A DNA stretch of 64,000 nucleotides from Myxococcota bacterium (lineage in GTDB: Bacteria > Myxococcota > JAJVIH01), in NCBI GenBank assembly GCA_022072125.1, contig JAJVIH010000016.1, positions 29,081 through 93,080 on the forward strand, read 5' to 3'. Every line of letters starts with the position of its first letter. The first letter of the stretch is position 1. The position numbers were made by a program, and so were the translations under genes. A model generated the notes under the pieces. The model saw only the letters and a program-made list of their open reading frames with translations, made no database searches and was not told the DNA's origin. Below are positions 21,904 through 33,294 of this stretch, one piece after another.

Positions 21904-22116
21904 AACATGAAGCGGCGTGATGCCGAAGCGTTGCGGGTTTCCATCGCCGGAGAAATGGCGGCAAGGAAGTCATGGACTGAAAACTCCCGGGCTTCCGCAG
22001 CGGGGGATTACACATGGGCGCAGGCCGCGCGCGCCATCGCGGCTTGCGGAGACGCCCTGCCCGCCACGCGCATCGCGGAAGCGGACATTCAACCGGTTCC
22101 GCCCGGTCCTGAATGA
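21904..22116 (+). CDS. Hypothetical small protein, about 70 aa
   Basis: ATG with GAGG 8 nt upstream, in the divergent region between dnaB and the antiporter; no known domain. Confidence 0.25.
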   Translation, partial: NMKRRDAEALRVSIAGEMAARKSWTENSRASAAGDYTWAQAARAIAACGDALPATRIAEADIQPVPPGPE

Positions 22117-22226
22117 ATCCTTTCCAGCCGCTGGATGAATGGCGTTGCCACCGGCGTCATTGTGGAATTATAGTCCTGTCATCTCACGCCACGCGGCCTG
22201 GGAAGGGGATACAGCAAGAGGGGCCT

Positions 22227-23801
22227 ATGCGTTCCAGCAAAAGATTGGGATGGGCTCTGCCCGTCGCCTTGGCAGTGTGTCTCGGATTGGCGCAGTTGGG
22301 CGCTTCCGTGGGCTGGGCGGATTCATCCGGAGGCGGCGCTCCCGCGACCGGGACCGTGGCGGCGGTCGGCGCGGACCACGGCGGCGGGCACGGCGATGAC
22401 GGTGGGGGAGGCGGGCACGCGGATCCGGTCGCCTCGGTCATTCTGGGCGTGCTGATCATCCTGATTGTCGCCAAGGTGGGCGGCGATATCGCCGAACGGC
22501 TGAAACAGCCTTCGGTACTCGGCGAGTTGATCGGCGGCATGGTCGCGGGCAACGCCTTCTTCTGGGTCGGCAACGAGTTTTTCACGGTGCTGCGGGAGGG
22601 CAGCACCATCGAGGCCATCAAGCACGAAATCTTCGCCGGCAAGGCCCACGACTGGTTCACCGCCGCCAAAAATATATTGCCGGAGTCGGCCTTCGCGGGG
22701 GAGGGCGTCAGTCACGGCCTGCACCTCGCGCAAATCCTGTCGAGCGCCCACGGCGCGGATATCGCCAACTCAGTCGCCGCGATTGATATCTTGGCGCGCA
22801 TCGGCGTCATCGTGCTGCTGTTCATGGTGGGGCTGGAATCGAGCGTCCGCGACATGATGAAAGTCGGCGTCACCGCGTTTGCCGTGGCGATCGCCGGCGT
22901 CGTCGCCCCCATGATTCTTGGATATATCGCGACCGCCATGCTGATGCCGGAATCCTCGGTCAACACCCGGCTGTTCATTGGCGGCACGCTGTGCGCCACC
23001 TCGGTTGGCATCACCGCGCGGGTGTTCAAGGACCTGGGCAAGCTACAGGTGCAGGCCGCCAAGATTATCCTGGGCGCCGCGGTGATTGACGACGTGCTGG
23101 GCCTGATTGTGCTGGCCATCATCATGGGCATCATCCAGTCCGGCGGACATATTGACCCAGTCGAGGTGACGTGGATTTCCGCCAAGTCGCTGGGGTTTGT
23201 CGCGGCGTCCATCGCCATTGGCATGTACGTGTCGCCGTTCCTGATCAAGGCGGTGTCCAGGTTGCGCGTGCATGGGGTGAAACAGGCGTTCGCCCTGGTG
23301 TTCTGCTTTGTTCTCGCCTGGGCGGCCAACGCGATTGGCCTGGCCGCCATTGTCGGCGCCTTCGCCGCCGGCCTGGTGCTGGAAGAGCTGATGTTCAAGG
23401 ATTTTCATGGCCACGAGGCGACCCTGCTGGAGAGTTTCGAGCCGATCGCGGCGTTTCTGGTGCCGATCTTTTTTGTGCTCATGGGCATTCAGGTCAAGCT
23501 GGAAGCCTTCGCCGACCCCAAGGTGCTGATGGTGGGGCTGATCATCACCCTGGCCGCCATCGCCGGCAAACAGGTCTGCGGCGCCGTGGTCAAGAAGGGG
23601 ATGGACCGGCTGACCATCGGCATTGGCATGGTGCCCCGCGGGGAAGTCGGCCTGATCATGGCGGCCATCGGAAAAAACATCGGCGTGCTCAACGACGCCA
23701 TGTTTTCCGCCATGGTCATCATGGTCATTGGCACCACCCTGATCACGCCCCCCCTGCTCAAATTCTCGCTCGCCCGGTGGGACAAAAAGCAGCCCGCGTG
23801 A
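22227..23801 (+). CDS. Cation:proton antiporter, CPA2 (Kef/Nha-type), with signal peptide and His/Gly-rich N-terminal segment
   Basis: ATG at 22227 preceded by GCAAGAGGGG; multiple TM segments; ...IGGMVAGN...; N-terminal ADHGGGHGDDGGGGGHAD tract. Confidence 0.85.
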   Translation: MRSSKRLGWALPVALAVCLGLAQLGASVGWADSSGGGAPATGTVAAVGADHGGGHGDDGGGGGHADPVASVILGVLIILIVAKVGGDIAERLKQPSVLGELIGGMVAGNAFFWVGNEFFTVLREGSTIEAIKHEIFAGKAHDWFTAAKNILPESAFAGEGVSHGLHLAQILSSAHGADIANSVAAIDILARIGVIVLLFMVGLESSVRDMMKVGVTAFAVAIAGVVAPMILGYIATAMLMPESSVNTRLFIGGTLCATSVGITARVFKDLGKLQVQAAKIILGAAVIDDVLGLIVLAIIMGIIQSGGHIDPVEVTWISAKSLGFVAASIAIGMYVSPFLIKAVSRLRVHGVKQAFALVFCFVLAWAANAIGLAAIVGAFAAGLVLEELMFKDFHGHEATLLESFEPIAAFLVPIFFVLMGIQVKLEAFADPKVLMVGLIITLAAIAGKQVCGAVVKKGMDRLTIGIGMVPRGEVGLIMAAIGKNIGVLNDAMFSAMVIMVIGTTLITPPLLKFSLARWDKKQPA

Positions 23802-24496
23802 AGTTCCCGTCTCCGCTGATTCGCGGCGTCCTGATCCAGCGCTACAAGCGTTTTCTCGCCGATGTCCGGCTCGACGCGGGCGAGGTGGTCACCGCGCATA
23901 CGGCCAATTCCGGGTCCATGAAGGGGCTGACCGCGCCAGGCAATATGGTCTGGCTGAGTCATCACGACAATCCCGCGCGCAAGCTCAAATACGGATGGGA
24001 GCTGGTGCGGGCGGGGCCGGTCCTGGTGGGGATCAACACCGCGTTGCCCAACCTGCTGGTGGAAGAGGCGCTCGCCGCGGACCGCATTCCGGCGCTGGCC
24101 GGCTACGCCAGCCGCCGGCGGGAGGTGAAGTACGGCGTCAATTCCCGCGTGGACCTGCTGCTGGAGGATGCGCGGCGTCCGCCCTGCTATGTCGAGGTCA
24201 AGAACGTGACCCTGGTGGAGCACGGCAAGGCGCTGTTTCCCGATGCGGTCAGCGAACGCGGGCGCAAGCACCTGGAAGAACTGGGCGGAATGGTCCGGCA
24301 GGGCGCCCGCGCGGTGCTGTTTTACGTGGTGCAGCGGGACGACGCGCCGGTGGTGGCGCCGGCGGCCGCGATTGATCCCGCCTATGCGGAAAGCCTGCGC
24401 CGCGCCGCCCGGCAGGGCGTGGAGGTGATGGCCTGGCGGGCGCGCGTGACGCTGGAATCCATCGAACTGGAGACGCCGCTGGCGGTGGAGACCTGA
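23798..24496 (+). CDS. sfsA: Sugar fermentation stimulation protein A (DNA-binding, nuclease-related fold)
   Basis: VKFPSPLIRGVLIQRYKRFLADV...AHTANSGSM...YVEVKNVTL matches SfsA; GTG start overlaps the antiporter stop (GTGA). Confidence 0.85.
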   Translation: MKFPSPLIRGVLIQRYKRFLADVRLDAGEVVTAHTANSGSMKGLTAPGNMVWLSHHDNPARKLKYGWELVRAGPVLVGINTALPNLLVEEALAADRIPALAGYASRRREVKYGVNSRVDLLLEDARRPPCYVEVKNVTLVEHGKALFPDAVSERGRKHLEELGGMVRQGARAVLFYVVQRDDAPVVAPAAAIDPAYAESLRRAARQGVEVMAWRARVTLESIELETPLAVET

Positions 24497-24675
24497 GGGG
24501 GGCATCCGGAATGGCTCGCGGGCGGTTCCCGGGAACCGCCGGACTCACGCGGGATAGAGGAAATCCGCCGGTCCATCTTCCAGCCGCGGGCGGCGGCGTG
24601 ACCTGGAGGGACGCCGCGGCGGTCCGGATGGCCGTTTCACGGTGTTGAATGGACTGCTCGCGCGCAGGGGTGCGT

Positions 24676-24704
24676 TTGACACCCCCCGACCCCAAAACTA
24701 TATT
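24676..24704 (+). promoter_or_regulatory. Sigma70-like promoter for icd
   Basis: TTGACA (24676-24681), 17-nt spacer, TATATT (24699-24704), about 85 nt upstream of the icd ATG. Confidence 0.5.
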
Positions 24705-24789
24705 GCCCGCACTGAATTTCAGGCAGGATTCCGTGGTTTCGCCTGAACATCCCGGCTCTGGTCCGGGATTTTCTTTCCTGGAGTGTTCC

Positions 24790-27010
<2,221 letters not shown>

Positions 27011-27043
27011 TCGCCGGTTCGCTAACCAGCAATCGCGCATGCA

Positions 27044-27077
27044 CATGGGCCGCCCTTTGGCGGCCCATGTGTTTTTT
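27044..27077 (+). terminator. Rho-independent terminator of mdh
   Basis: 11-bp stem CATGGGCCGCC/GGCGGCCCATG with loop CTTT, followed by TGTTTTTT. Confidence 0.85.
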
Positions 27078-27160
27078 GGAGAGCCGCTTTTCCCGGGCCG
27101 CGCGGGTTCGCCTGGGGAATGATGTTCCGCGTCCGGCCGTATTTTCCCGCCGCCGCGCTC

Positions 27161-28101
27161 TCAGCCCGCGCGGACGCCTTCCGCGCCCAGCGCGATCGCC
27201 CACGCCTGCCAGTTGCGCTGGGCGCAATCGTGCAGGAACGCGGCGCGGTCCGGCTCTTCCTCGAAGGCGGCGAGCAGGCAGTCTCCGCCGCCGGCGCCGG
27301 TGGGCCGTGCGATTCCCTGATGCCGCGCCGCCAGCTCCAGCACCGGATCGTAGGCGTCAATCCAGGCTTCCTTCAGGCAGGCGCGCAGAAACTCCGTGTA
27401 TCGCTCGGCCCATACCCACATGGCGAGCACGGGGGTGAATTTCCACGATGTGCTGACCAGGTGCGCGGCGTCGCGCAACTCCTCCAGCCCGCGCCGGAAG
27501 TCATCCGCCGGGTGGTCCTGCCGCTGGCGGAACAACGACACCAGATGCCGTGTGGGTTGCGACACGCCCGAATAGATCAGCGCGAGGAAGATGTCGTCAT
27601 CGGGCAAACCGGCCTCCGTGACATGGGGCTCGCCATCCCGCACCACCACCTTCCGCACGCCGCCCAGCAGCGCGGCCGCCAGATCGGCCCCGGAACCGGG
27701 CTCCAGCTCCGGGCGCCGCATCAGCGCGCGCAGTTCCGCCAGCGATTCCGGGCGCGCCGGAGCGGGGATCATCTCCAGCACGGCGGCGAGGGCGGCCGGC
27801 TCGGCGGCGCTGGAGCCCAGCCCGAGTTTGCGGCCGTCCCGGGCGTATAGATCCGAGCTGTCGAGCACGATGCGCCCGGCGGGAACGCCGCGTTCCAGCG
27901 CCCGGGCGAACACCGCATGGCTTTCTCCTTCGTGGATGGGGGTCTCCGCGCCGTGAACGCGCCGCAGCAGGGTGGGCGACCTTCCGCCGCTTCGGCGAGC
28001 ACGCGCATGGGCGCGGCGGCCGCCAGGGCGGGGGAGCCGGTCAGTACAGCGTATTCGCCGGTCAACATGATCTTTCCGGGAGCAGACGCCTGGGTTTTCA
28101 T
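27161..28101 (-). CDS. Phosphomevalonate kinase (GHMP kinase family); apparent -1 frameshift near 27975-27990
   Basis: N-terminal frame MKTQASAPGKIMLTGEYAVLTGSPALAAAAPMRVLAEAAEG; a second frame continues ...VFARALERGVPAGRIVLDSSDLYARDGRKLGLGSSAAE...ARPTGAGGGDCLLAAF (PMK motifs GLGSSAA and GAGGGDC). ATGA overlap with the mvaD stop. Confidence 0.6.
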
Positions 28102-29060
28102 CCGGTCACCTCCACGCCGCCGGCGGCCGCGCTGACAATCACGCGCTCCAGGCCGGGGATGGCCAACAGGGTTTCGCGCACGCGCGCCGCATGCTGGGGC
28201 GGATGCATCAACACGGGATGCGGCCCGGCGTCGCAGGTGAACCACGCCATCACGCCCTGGCGCCGCAATTCCACGGCGGCGCGCCAGGCGGCCAGCGTCG
28301 CAGGCAGAAAATACACCAGCGGCGGCCGGGCGGCGAAGCCGTCCGCATGCATCGCCAGGGCGTTGGCCTCAATCAGCGCGCCCGCGCCATCCACATCGCC
28401 GGAAAGCACGAGCCGCTCCAGGGTCTCCGCATCCTCCCGCGCGCGCCGGATCCACGCATCATGAAAGGAGGAGGTCTCCGCGCACGCCGCCATGCCGTCG
28501 CGCGAGGAGATGTCCTTGGGGCCGGTCTTCGCCACGCCAATGCTCCACACCCAGGGCAGGGCTTCCGGCGGTGCGATGCTGACAGCGTAAGGTTCGTCCA
28601 CGTCCGGAATCAGCCGGGTCACGCCGCCGGGAATGGCGCGGGCCGCCGAGCCGCTGCCCTTGCGGGCCAGGGCGGACAGCGCCCGTTCATCCAGGCGCAA
28701 ATCCGCCGCGTGCGCCGCGGCGGCGGCCAGCGCCGCGAAACCGGATGAAGACGAGGCCAGTCCCGCCGCCGTGGGAAAATCGTTGCGGCTTTCGATGCGG
28801 AAATGAAGCGGCTTGCCCGCCAGTTCGCGCACCAGGTCGAGAAAGGCGCCCGCCCGCGCAGCGGCTTTTGGCGAGTTTTCCCCATCGAGGCGTATCTCGT
28901 CCCGATCTCCGTCAATCACGCTGGCGGTGGTGATGGTGCGCAGGGCCTTGAGATTCACTCCCACGCTGCCGGCGGCGGGCAGGTTTCCCGCGCCGGGACG
29001 TTTGCCCCAGTATTTGGCCAGCCCCAGGTTGGCGTACGCGATGGCGGTGGCGCGGCTCAT
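28098..29060 (-). CDS. mvaD: Diphosphomevalonate decarboxylase
   Basis: AIAYANLGLAKYWGKR...GLASSSSGFAALAAAA (MVD motifs); ATGA overlaps on both sides. Confidence 0.88.
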   Translation of the reverse strand: MSRATAIAYANLGLAKYWGKRPGAGNLPAAGSVGVNLKALRTITTASVIDGDRDEIRLDGENSPKAAARAGAFLDLVRELAGKPLHFRIESRNDFPTAAGLASSSSGFAALAAAAAHAADLRLDERALSALARKGSGSAARAIPGGVTRLIPDVDEPYAVSIAPPEALPWVWSIGVAKTGPKDISSRDGMAACAETSSFHDAWIRRAREDAETLERLVLSGDVDGAGALIEANALAMHADGFAARPPLVYFLPATLAAWRAAVELRRQGVMAWFTCDAGPHPVLMHPPQHAARVRETLLAIPGLERVIVSAAAGGVEVTG

Positions 29061-29941
29061 GGCGTTTTCCACGGTTCCCGGGCGCCCAGCAGGGTCATCT
29101 CCCGGAAGTTGAAGGTGATGCGCAACAGGAAGCGGAAACCTTCCCGCTCCGTCAGTTCCAGGGCGCTGATGGGAACCTGCGCGCCCATGCCCAGCTCCCA
29201 CGCGCCGCCGCTGGCGAAGGTGACGGCGGGGCAAATGAACATGCCCCACTGCTTGCGTCCCGAGTCATAACTGGCGTTGACCTCCAGCAGGGGCGCGATC
29301 TGTTCGTACTGGAACAGGTAGGTCAGGGCGGCGTTGCCAATCCATATCCAGTCTGGACGGCGATCCGCCTCGCCGCCCGCCGCCAGCCAGACTCCGCTCT
29401 CCACCTGCGGGAAAAACCGGGCGGAACGCACGGGGACCATCGCCGCGACATAGGGACGGATGAAGGAATGGCGCGCGGCGCGGGCCGCGGCGGCGGCGTC
29501 CAGCCCCAGGTTCAGGCGCATCCAGACATCCGCGCCGAGGCCCAGCACGAATGGCGCGCGGGCGGGATCGCCGAAAGGCGTCAGCTTTCCGCCGAAGCGC
29601 AGGTAATCCACGCGGAAGTCGTTGGGCGTGCTGTCGGGATTGATGCGCAGCGGCAGGACGAAACCCAGTTCGCCGTAATGGAACAGGTTCCAGTTGACGC
29701 TGGGAAATTCGACATCAAACCCCACCTCCGGCGACGGACGAGGTTGTTCGAAAGGGCGGTTGATGACGCGAAGCTGCAGGTTGAAATCGGAGTCGGCCCA
29801 CGCGCGCCGGGTGAACATGGGCGTGATGGCGTGAAAGACGGTTTTGCCGTTCTCGACCGTGGCGACATGGGCGCGCGCGGCGAAGGGGGCGCAAACCAGG
29901 ACGAGCGCCAGCAAAATCCATGTTGAACCAGGCGGCTTCAC
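29057..29941 (-). CDS. Exported hypothetical protein with beta-strand-rich alternating pattern (possible OM beta-barrel)
   Basis: Signal peptide ...WILLALVLVCAPFAARA; start ambiguous (GTG about 29941 or TTG 29980); stop overlaps the mvaD start (ATGA). Confidence 0.65.
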   Translation of the reverse strand: MKPPGSTWILLALVLVCAPFAARAHVATVENGKTVFHAITPMFTRRAWADSDFNLQLRVINRPFEQPRPSPEVGFDVEFPSVNWNLFHYGELGFVLPLRINPDSTPNDFRVDYLRFGGKLTPFGDPARAPFVLGLGADVWMRLNLGLDAAAAARAARHSFIRPYVAAMVPVRSARFFPQVESGVWLAAGGEADRRPDWIWIGNAALTYLFQYEQIAPLLEVNASYDSGRKQWGMFICPAVTFASGGAWELGMGAQVPISALELTEREGFRFLLRITFNFREMTLLGAREPWKTP

Positions 29942-30320
29942 GGCGCGCGGGACTCTACGGGAGCCCCTCGCTTTGCTCAACCTCCGGCCGGGTCTTCGTC
30001 AGGGGGCCGCAACACCTGATGCAATTCAGGCGGCGCATTCCAGGCGCGGCCGCCCCTGTCACCCGGAATGATGGAGAAAAGGCGGCGCGTTTCCGTTGTG
30101 CGGACTCGCAAGATCCATTGAAGACACGGGCGGAACATCACGCTGACAACCGGTCAATGGCATGTGGGAGAAACGCCGATTCCGGATGACCGCGGGCGGC
30201 CTCCGCCCAGGCCGCCATTCGCGCGAAGCTCGAACCCGATGAACGGCCGATGCCGATCCTGTTGGCGTTTCTCCTGGCCGGCGCCGGGGCGCCGCACGGA
30301 TGTGTGTTCTTCCGGGAGGG

Positions 30321-32027
30321 TTACGCCCGGGATTTCCTTTTCCGGACGGGAGGCGGCGGGTCCGGGTCAATCAAGGGGAACCCGGCGCGAAATTCCGAAC
30401 CCTCGCCGGGAAGGCTCTCCAGTTCGATTTGTCCCTGGTGCAGGTCCACAATCTGCTTGACCACGTACAGGCCGATGCCTGCTCCGCCATGCCGGCGCCG
30501 TGGCGACGAATCCGCCTGGAAAAACATCTCGAATACCCGGCGCTGGTCTTCCATGGAAATCCCCACCCCGTGATCGCGCACGCTCGCCCAGCCGTGGCGG
30601 TTTTTCCGGAACGCCTTCACTTCCACGGGTTCGCCGGGCCGGCTGAACTTGATGGCGTTGTCAATCAGGTTGATGAGCATGCGATGGATTTTCGCCGCGT
30701 CTCCCCGGATGAACAGCGCCTCCGGACAGTCCACCACCAGGGGTCCCGCGCCCGGGCGCGCCGCGAAGACATCCGCGGCGTCGCGCACGGCGCGGGCGAG
30801 GTCCATGGGTTCGGGATTGATCCGCTCCATGTCGCGTTGACGGCGCGCGGAAAAGATCAGGTTTTCGATCAGATCCACCAGCATGCGGATATTCTTGTGG
30901 GAGACTTCCAGCCCGCGCCGCTGCTCGCTGGTGAGCGGTCCCAGCTCCTCGCCCAGCATCAGCTCCGTGTAGCCCAGAATGCTGACCAGCGGCGACCGGA
31001 GTTCGTGGGAGATCGTGGCCAGCAGGTTGGTTTTGATCTGGTCGAGGGCGCGCAATTCCACGTTGGCGGCTTCCAGCCGGGAGCCGCGCGCCTCCAGTTC
31101 GCGGATCAGTTCGATCTTGTCGAGGAGAATGCTGAGGCTGTGCGCCATCAACTGGATGAACTCGGCGCCGCCTTCTTGCTGCCAGCCCGGGGTGGAAGGC
31201 AACACCATGCAGCCGGAAACCCGGGCGGTGGTGCGCAGCAGAAAGGTTTCGATGGCCAGTCCGGGGATCTGACGGCTGATCTCGCCTTCGCTCCAGACGT
31301 TCACCAACTCCCCGGCGCCGCCGCGGAGCACCGCTGGAAGCCGCGGCGGACCTTCCGCCGTGGCGACGCAGACCTCCGCCAGGTGAAAATCATCGCCTCC
31401 GGCGCCGCGCCAATAGAGGGCGGCCCACGGCATGTCGAGCAGCATCAGCATCTGCAGCAGAACCCTGCGCACCGGCGCGTGCTCGTCACCGGCCCCGGCG
31501 ATGGCCTCCGTCGCCTCCCGGGCCAGCCGGATCTGCCGTTCGCGGGTTTCCAGGGCGAAGCGGATGCGCCGCATCTGCCCCAGCCGGGACAGCGCCGCCC
31601 CAGCCAGGCGCCCGGCCAGGCTCGCCGCCAGTTGGGCGGGTTCCGCTTCCGCGGTCACCGGATCCGTTCCGCCGGACGCCATGACCGGACGGACAAACCG
31701 CAGCACCAGCACTTCCTGGTTCTCCTCCGCAACCGGGGTTTGCATCCATTCGGTCTGGAACCGCTGATCATCGCTGGCGGGACTGTCCTCCCACCAGCGT
31801 TTGTCCTCCATGGTGATGCGTTCGCCGTTGGGAAATATCCCCCAGGAATAAAGGGGCGTCATCCGCCGCACGCCGCGATAGATGCCCAGGCGATCCACGG
31901 GGAGAAATTCCGTGGCCCAGTTGGTCAGTTCCTCATGGATGTCGCCGTTGCTGGTGCAGGATTGCAGCCGCAATCCCAGGTCGGCCAGGCTGCGCAACAG
32001 ATCGCCAGATGTGGACGCCGTGTTCAT
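30321..32027 (-). CDS. Sensor histidine kinase with N-terminal GAF-like region (HisKA + HATPase_c)
   Basis: H-box ATISHELRSPL, N-box LIDNAIKFS, G-boxes DHGVGI...GGAGIGL. Start taken at MNTAS (32027) so as not to overlap the divergent OMP gene; an ATG at 32135 is the alternative. Confidence 0.82.
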   Translation of the reverse strand: MNTASTSGDLLRSLADLGLRLQSCTSNGDIHEELTNWATEFLPVDRLGIYRGVRRMTPLYSWGIFPNGERITMEDKRWWEDSPASDDQRFQTEWMQTPVAEENQEVLVLRFVRPVMASGGTDPVTAEAEPAQLAASLAGRLAGAALSRLGQMRRIRFALETRERQIRLAREATEAIAGAGDEHAPVRRVLLQMLMLLDMPWAALYWRGAGGDDFHLAEVCVATAEGPPRLPAVLRGGAGELVNVWSEGEISRQIPGLAIETFLLRTTARVSGCMVLPSTPGWQQEGGAEFIQLMAHSLSILLDKIELIRELEARGSRLEAANVELRALDQIKTNLLATISHELRSPLVSILGYTELMLGEELGPLTSEQRRGLEVSHKNIRMLVDLIENLIFSARRQRDMERINPEPMDLARAVRDAADVFAARPGAGPLVVDCPEALFIRGDAAKIHRMLINLIDNAIKFSRPGEPVEVKAFRKNRHGWASVRDHGVGISMEDQRRVFEMFFQADSSPRRRHGGAGIGLYVVKQIVDLHQGQIELESLPGEGSEFRAGFPLIDPDPPPPVRKRKSRA

Positions 32028-32133
32028 TTTCAGTGCGGAAAACCCTGTCTCCGGCTCCGGCGTTCTGGCTGCCCCTTCCAGAAACGGGATACGGGGATTG
32101 ACGGTGCGCCGATTTGATGATCTTTTCGCCGCC

Positions 32134-33294
32134 ATGGCAATTCAGGGGCGAGGCGGCGCGCCATCCAGAAGGAGCGGGGGCCAGGACCATCGGCGTCCGT
32201 CTTCCGTTTGGCCCCCGCTTCTCTTGATCGCCGGGCTGCTGGCGCTGCCGCCCGCGGAGGGCCGGGCCGCCAATTTCGGCTATCGCCTGGTGCTCAATGT
32301 CTGGCCCGAGGCCGACACCAACGCCACCCGCGTCACCAACAACGCCAATCCGCCGCCGGTCGCCGGCGGTCTGATCAACGCCTCCCTGTTCGCCGACGGC
32401 GCATGGCTCGCCGCCAATCGCCAGCATCTGGTAGACTTGTCCTGGTCCATTGGAGGGAAGGTCTTTTTCAGCGAGCGCACCGAGGATATGCTCGTCAACG
32501 CCGCCGACGCGCGATACTCCTTCCGCCCCATCCCCATGCTGGCGTTCGGCGTGCAGGGCCGCCTCAAGGATATGCGGCTGCGCCTGAGCGACCGCGATTT
32601 CACCTCGCTTTCCGGCATGGGCACGGCGGACATCCAGACCTGGCCCATGGGGTCCATCCAGGGCCGCGGCGGCGTGCGCGGCTTCGCGTTCCATCCCGAC
32701 CCGACCTTCAGTTTCGTCGCGCCGTCCGTGGGTGGAAGTTTGCGCCAGGGCATTGTCGGCAAGCTGGCGGCGGCGGCGGGATATGATCTCTTTCTCAAGA
32801 ATTTCTCCAGCGCCGCCTTCGTGCGGGTGGCCGATCCCACCGGAAAAGTCGCGGTGGCTCAGGGCGAGGCCAGCCGTTCGGACAACCTGCACGCGCTGTC
32901 CTTCAACCTGTCGTGGACAGGCAGCTTCATCGCGGAAGGCGGTTACTTGTTGCAGATCAACAACTCCAACAGCGTGGGCGAATCCATCACCCGCCACCGC
33001 GTCACCGCCGGCGTGACCTTCGTGCCCTTCTGGGAGATCTTCGCCCAGCTTCAGGGACAACTTCAGTTCACGCGGTTTGGCGACGGCATCTTCCTGTCGC
33101 AAACCTTGTTCCTGGAAAACGACGATGAAAACCAGAGCGCCGTCATGGCCGCGATCGGCAGGGAGATCGGCTCTGGATTCACCCTGCAAGGCCAATACAA
33201 ACTGTTCGCATCCGAGTTTTCGCGCAACGGGGCCGTATTCACCCGTCATGTAATCACCTTCGGGATTACCTGGCGATTTGAAGGAGTTCTCTGA
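32134..33294 (+). CDS. Outer-membrane beta-barrel protein (hypothetical)
   Basis: Long n-region signal peptide; alternating beta-strand pattern; C-terminal ...ITWRFEGVL with terminal aromatic signature. Confidence 0.7.
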   Translation: MAIQGRGGAPSRRSGGQDHRRPSSVWPPLLLIAGLLALPPAEGRAANFGYRLVLNVWPEADTNATRVTNNANPPPVAGGLINASLFADGAWLAANRQHLVDLSWSIGGKVFFSERTEDMLVNAADARYSFRPIPMLAFGVQGRLKDMRLRLSDRDFTSLSGMGTADIQTWPMGSIQGRGGVRGFAFHPDPTFSFVAPSVGGSLRQGIVGKLAAAAGYDLFLKNFSSAAFVRVADPTGKVAVAQGEASRSDNLHALSFNLSWTGSFIAEGGYLLQINNSNSVGESITRHRVTAGVTFVPFWEIFAQLQGQLQFTRFGDGIFLSQTLFLENDDENQSAVMAAIGREIGSGFTLQGQYKLFASEFSRNGAVFTRHVITFGITWRFEGVL

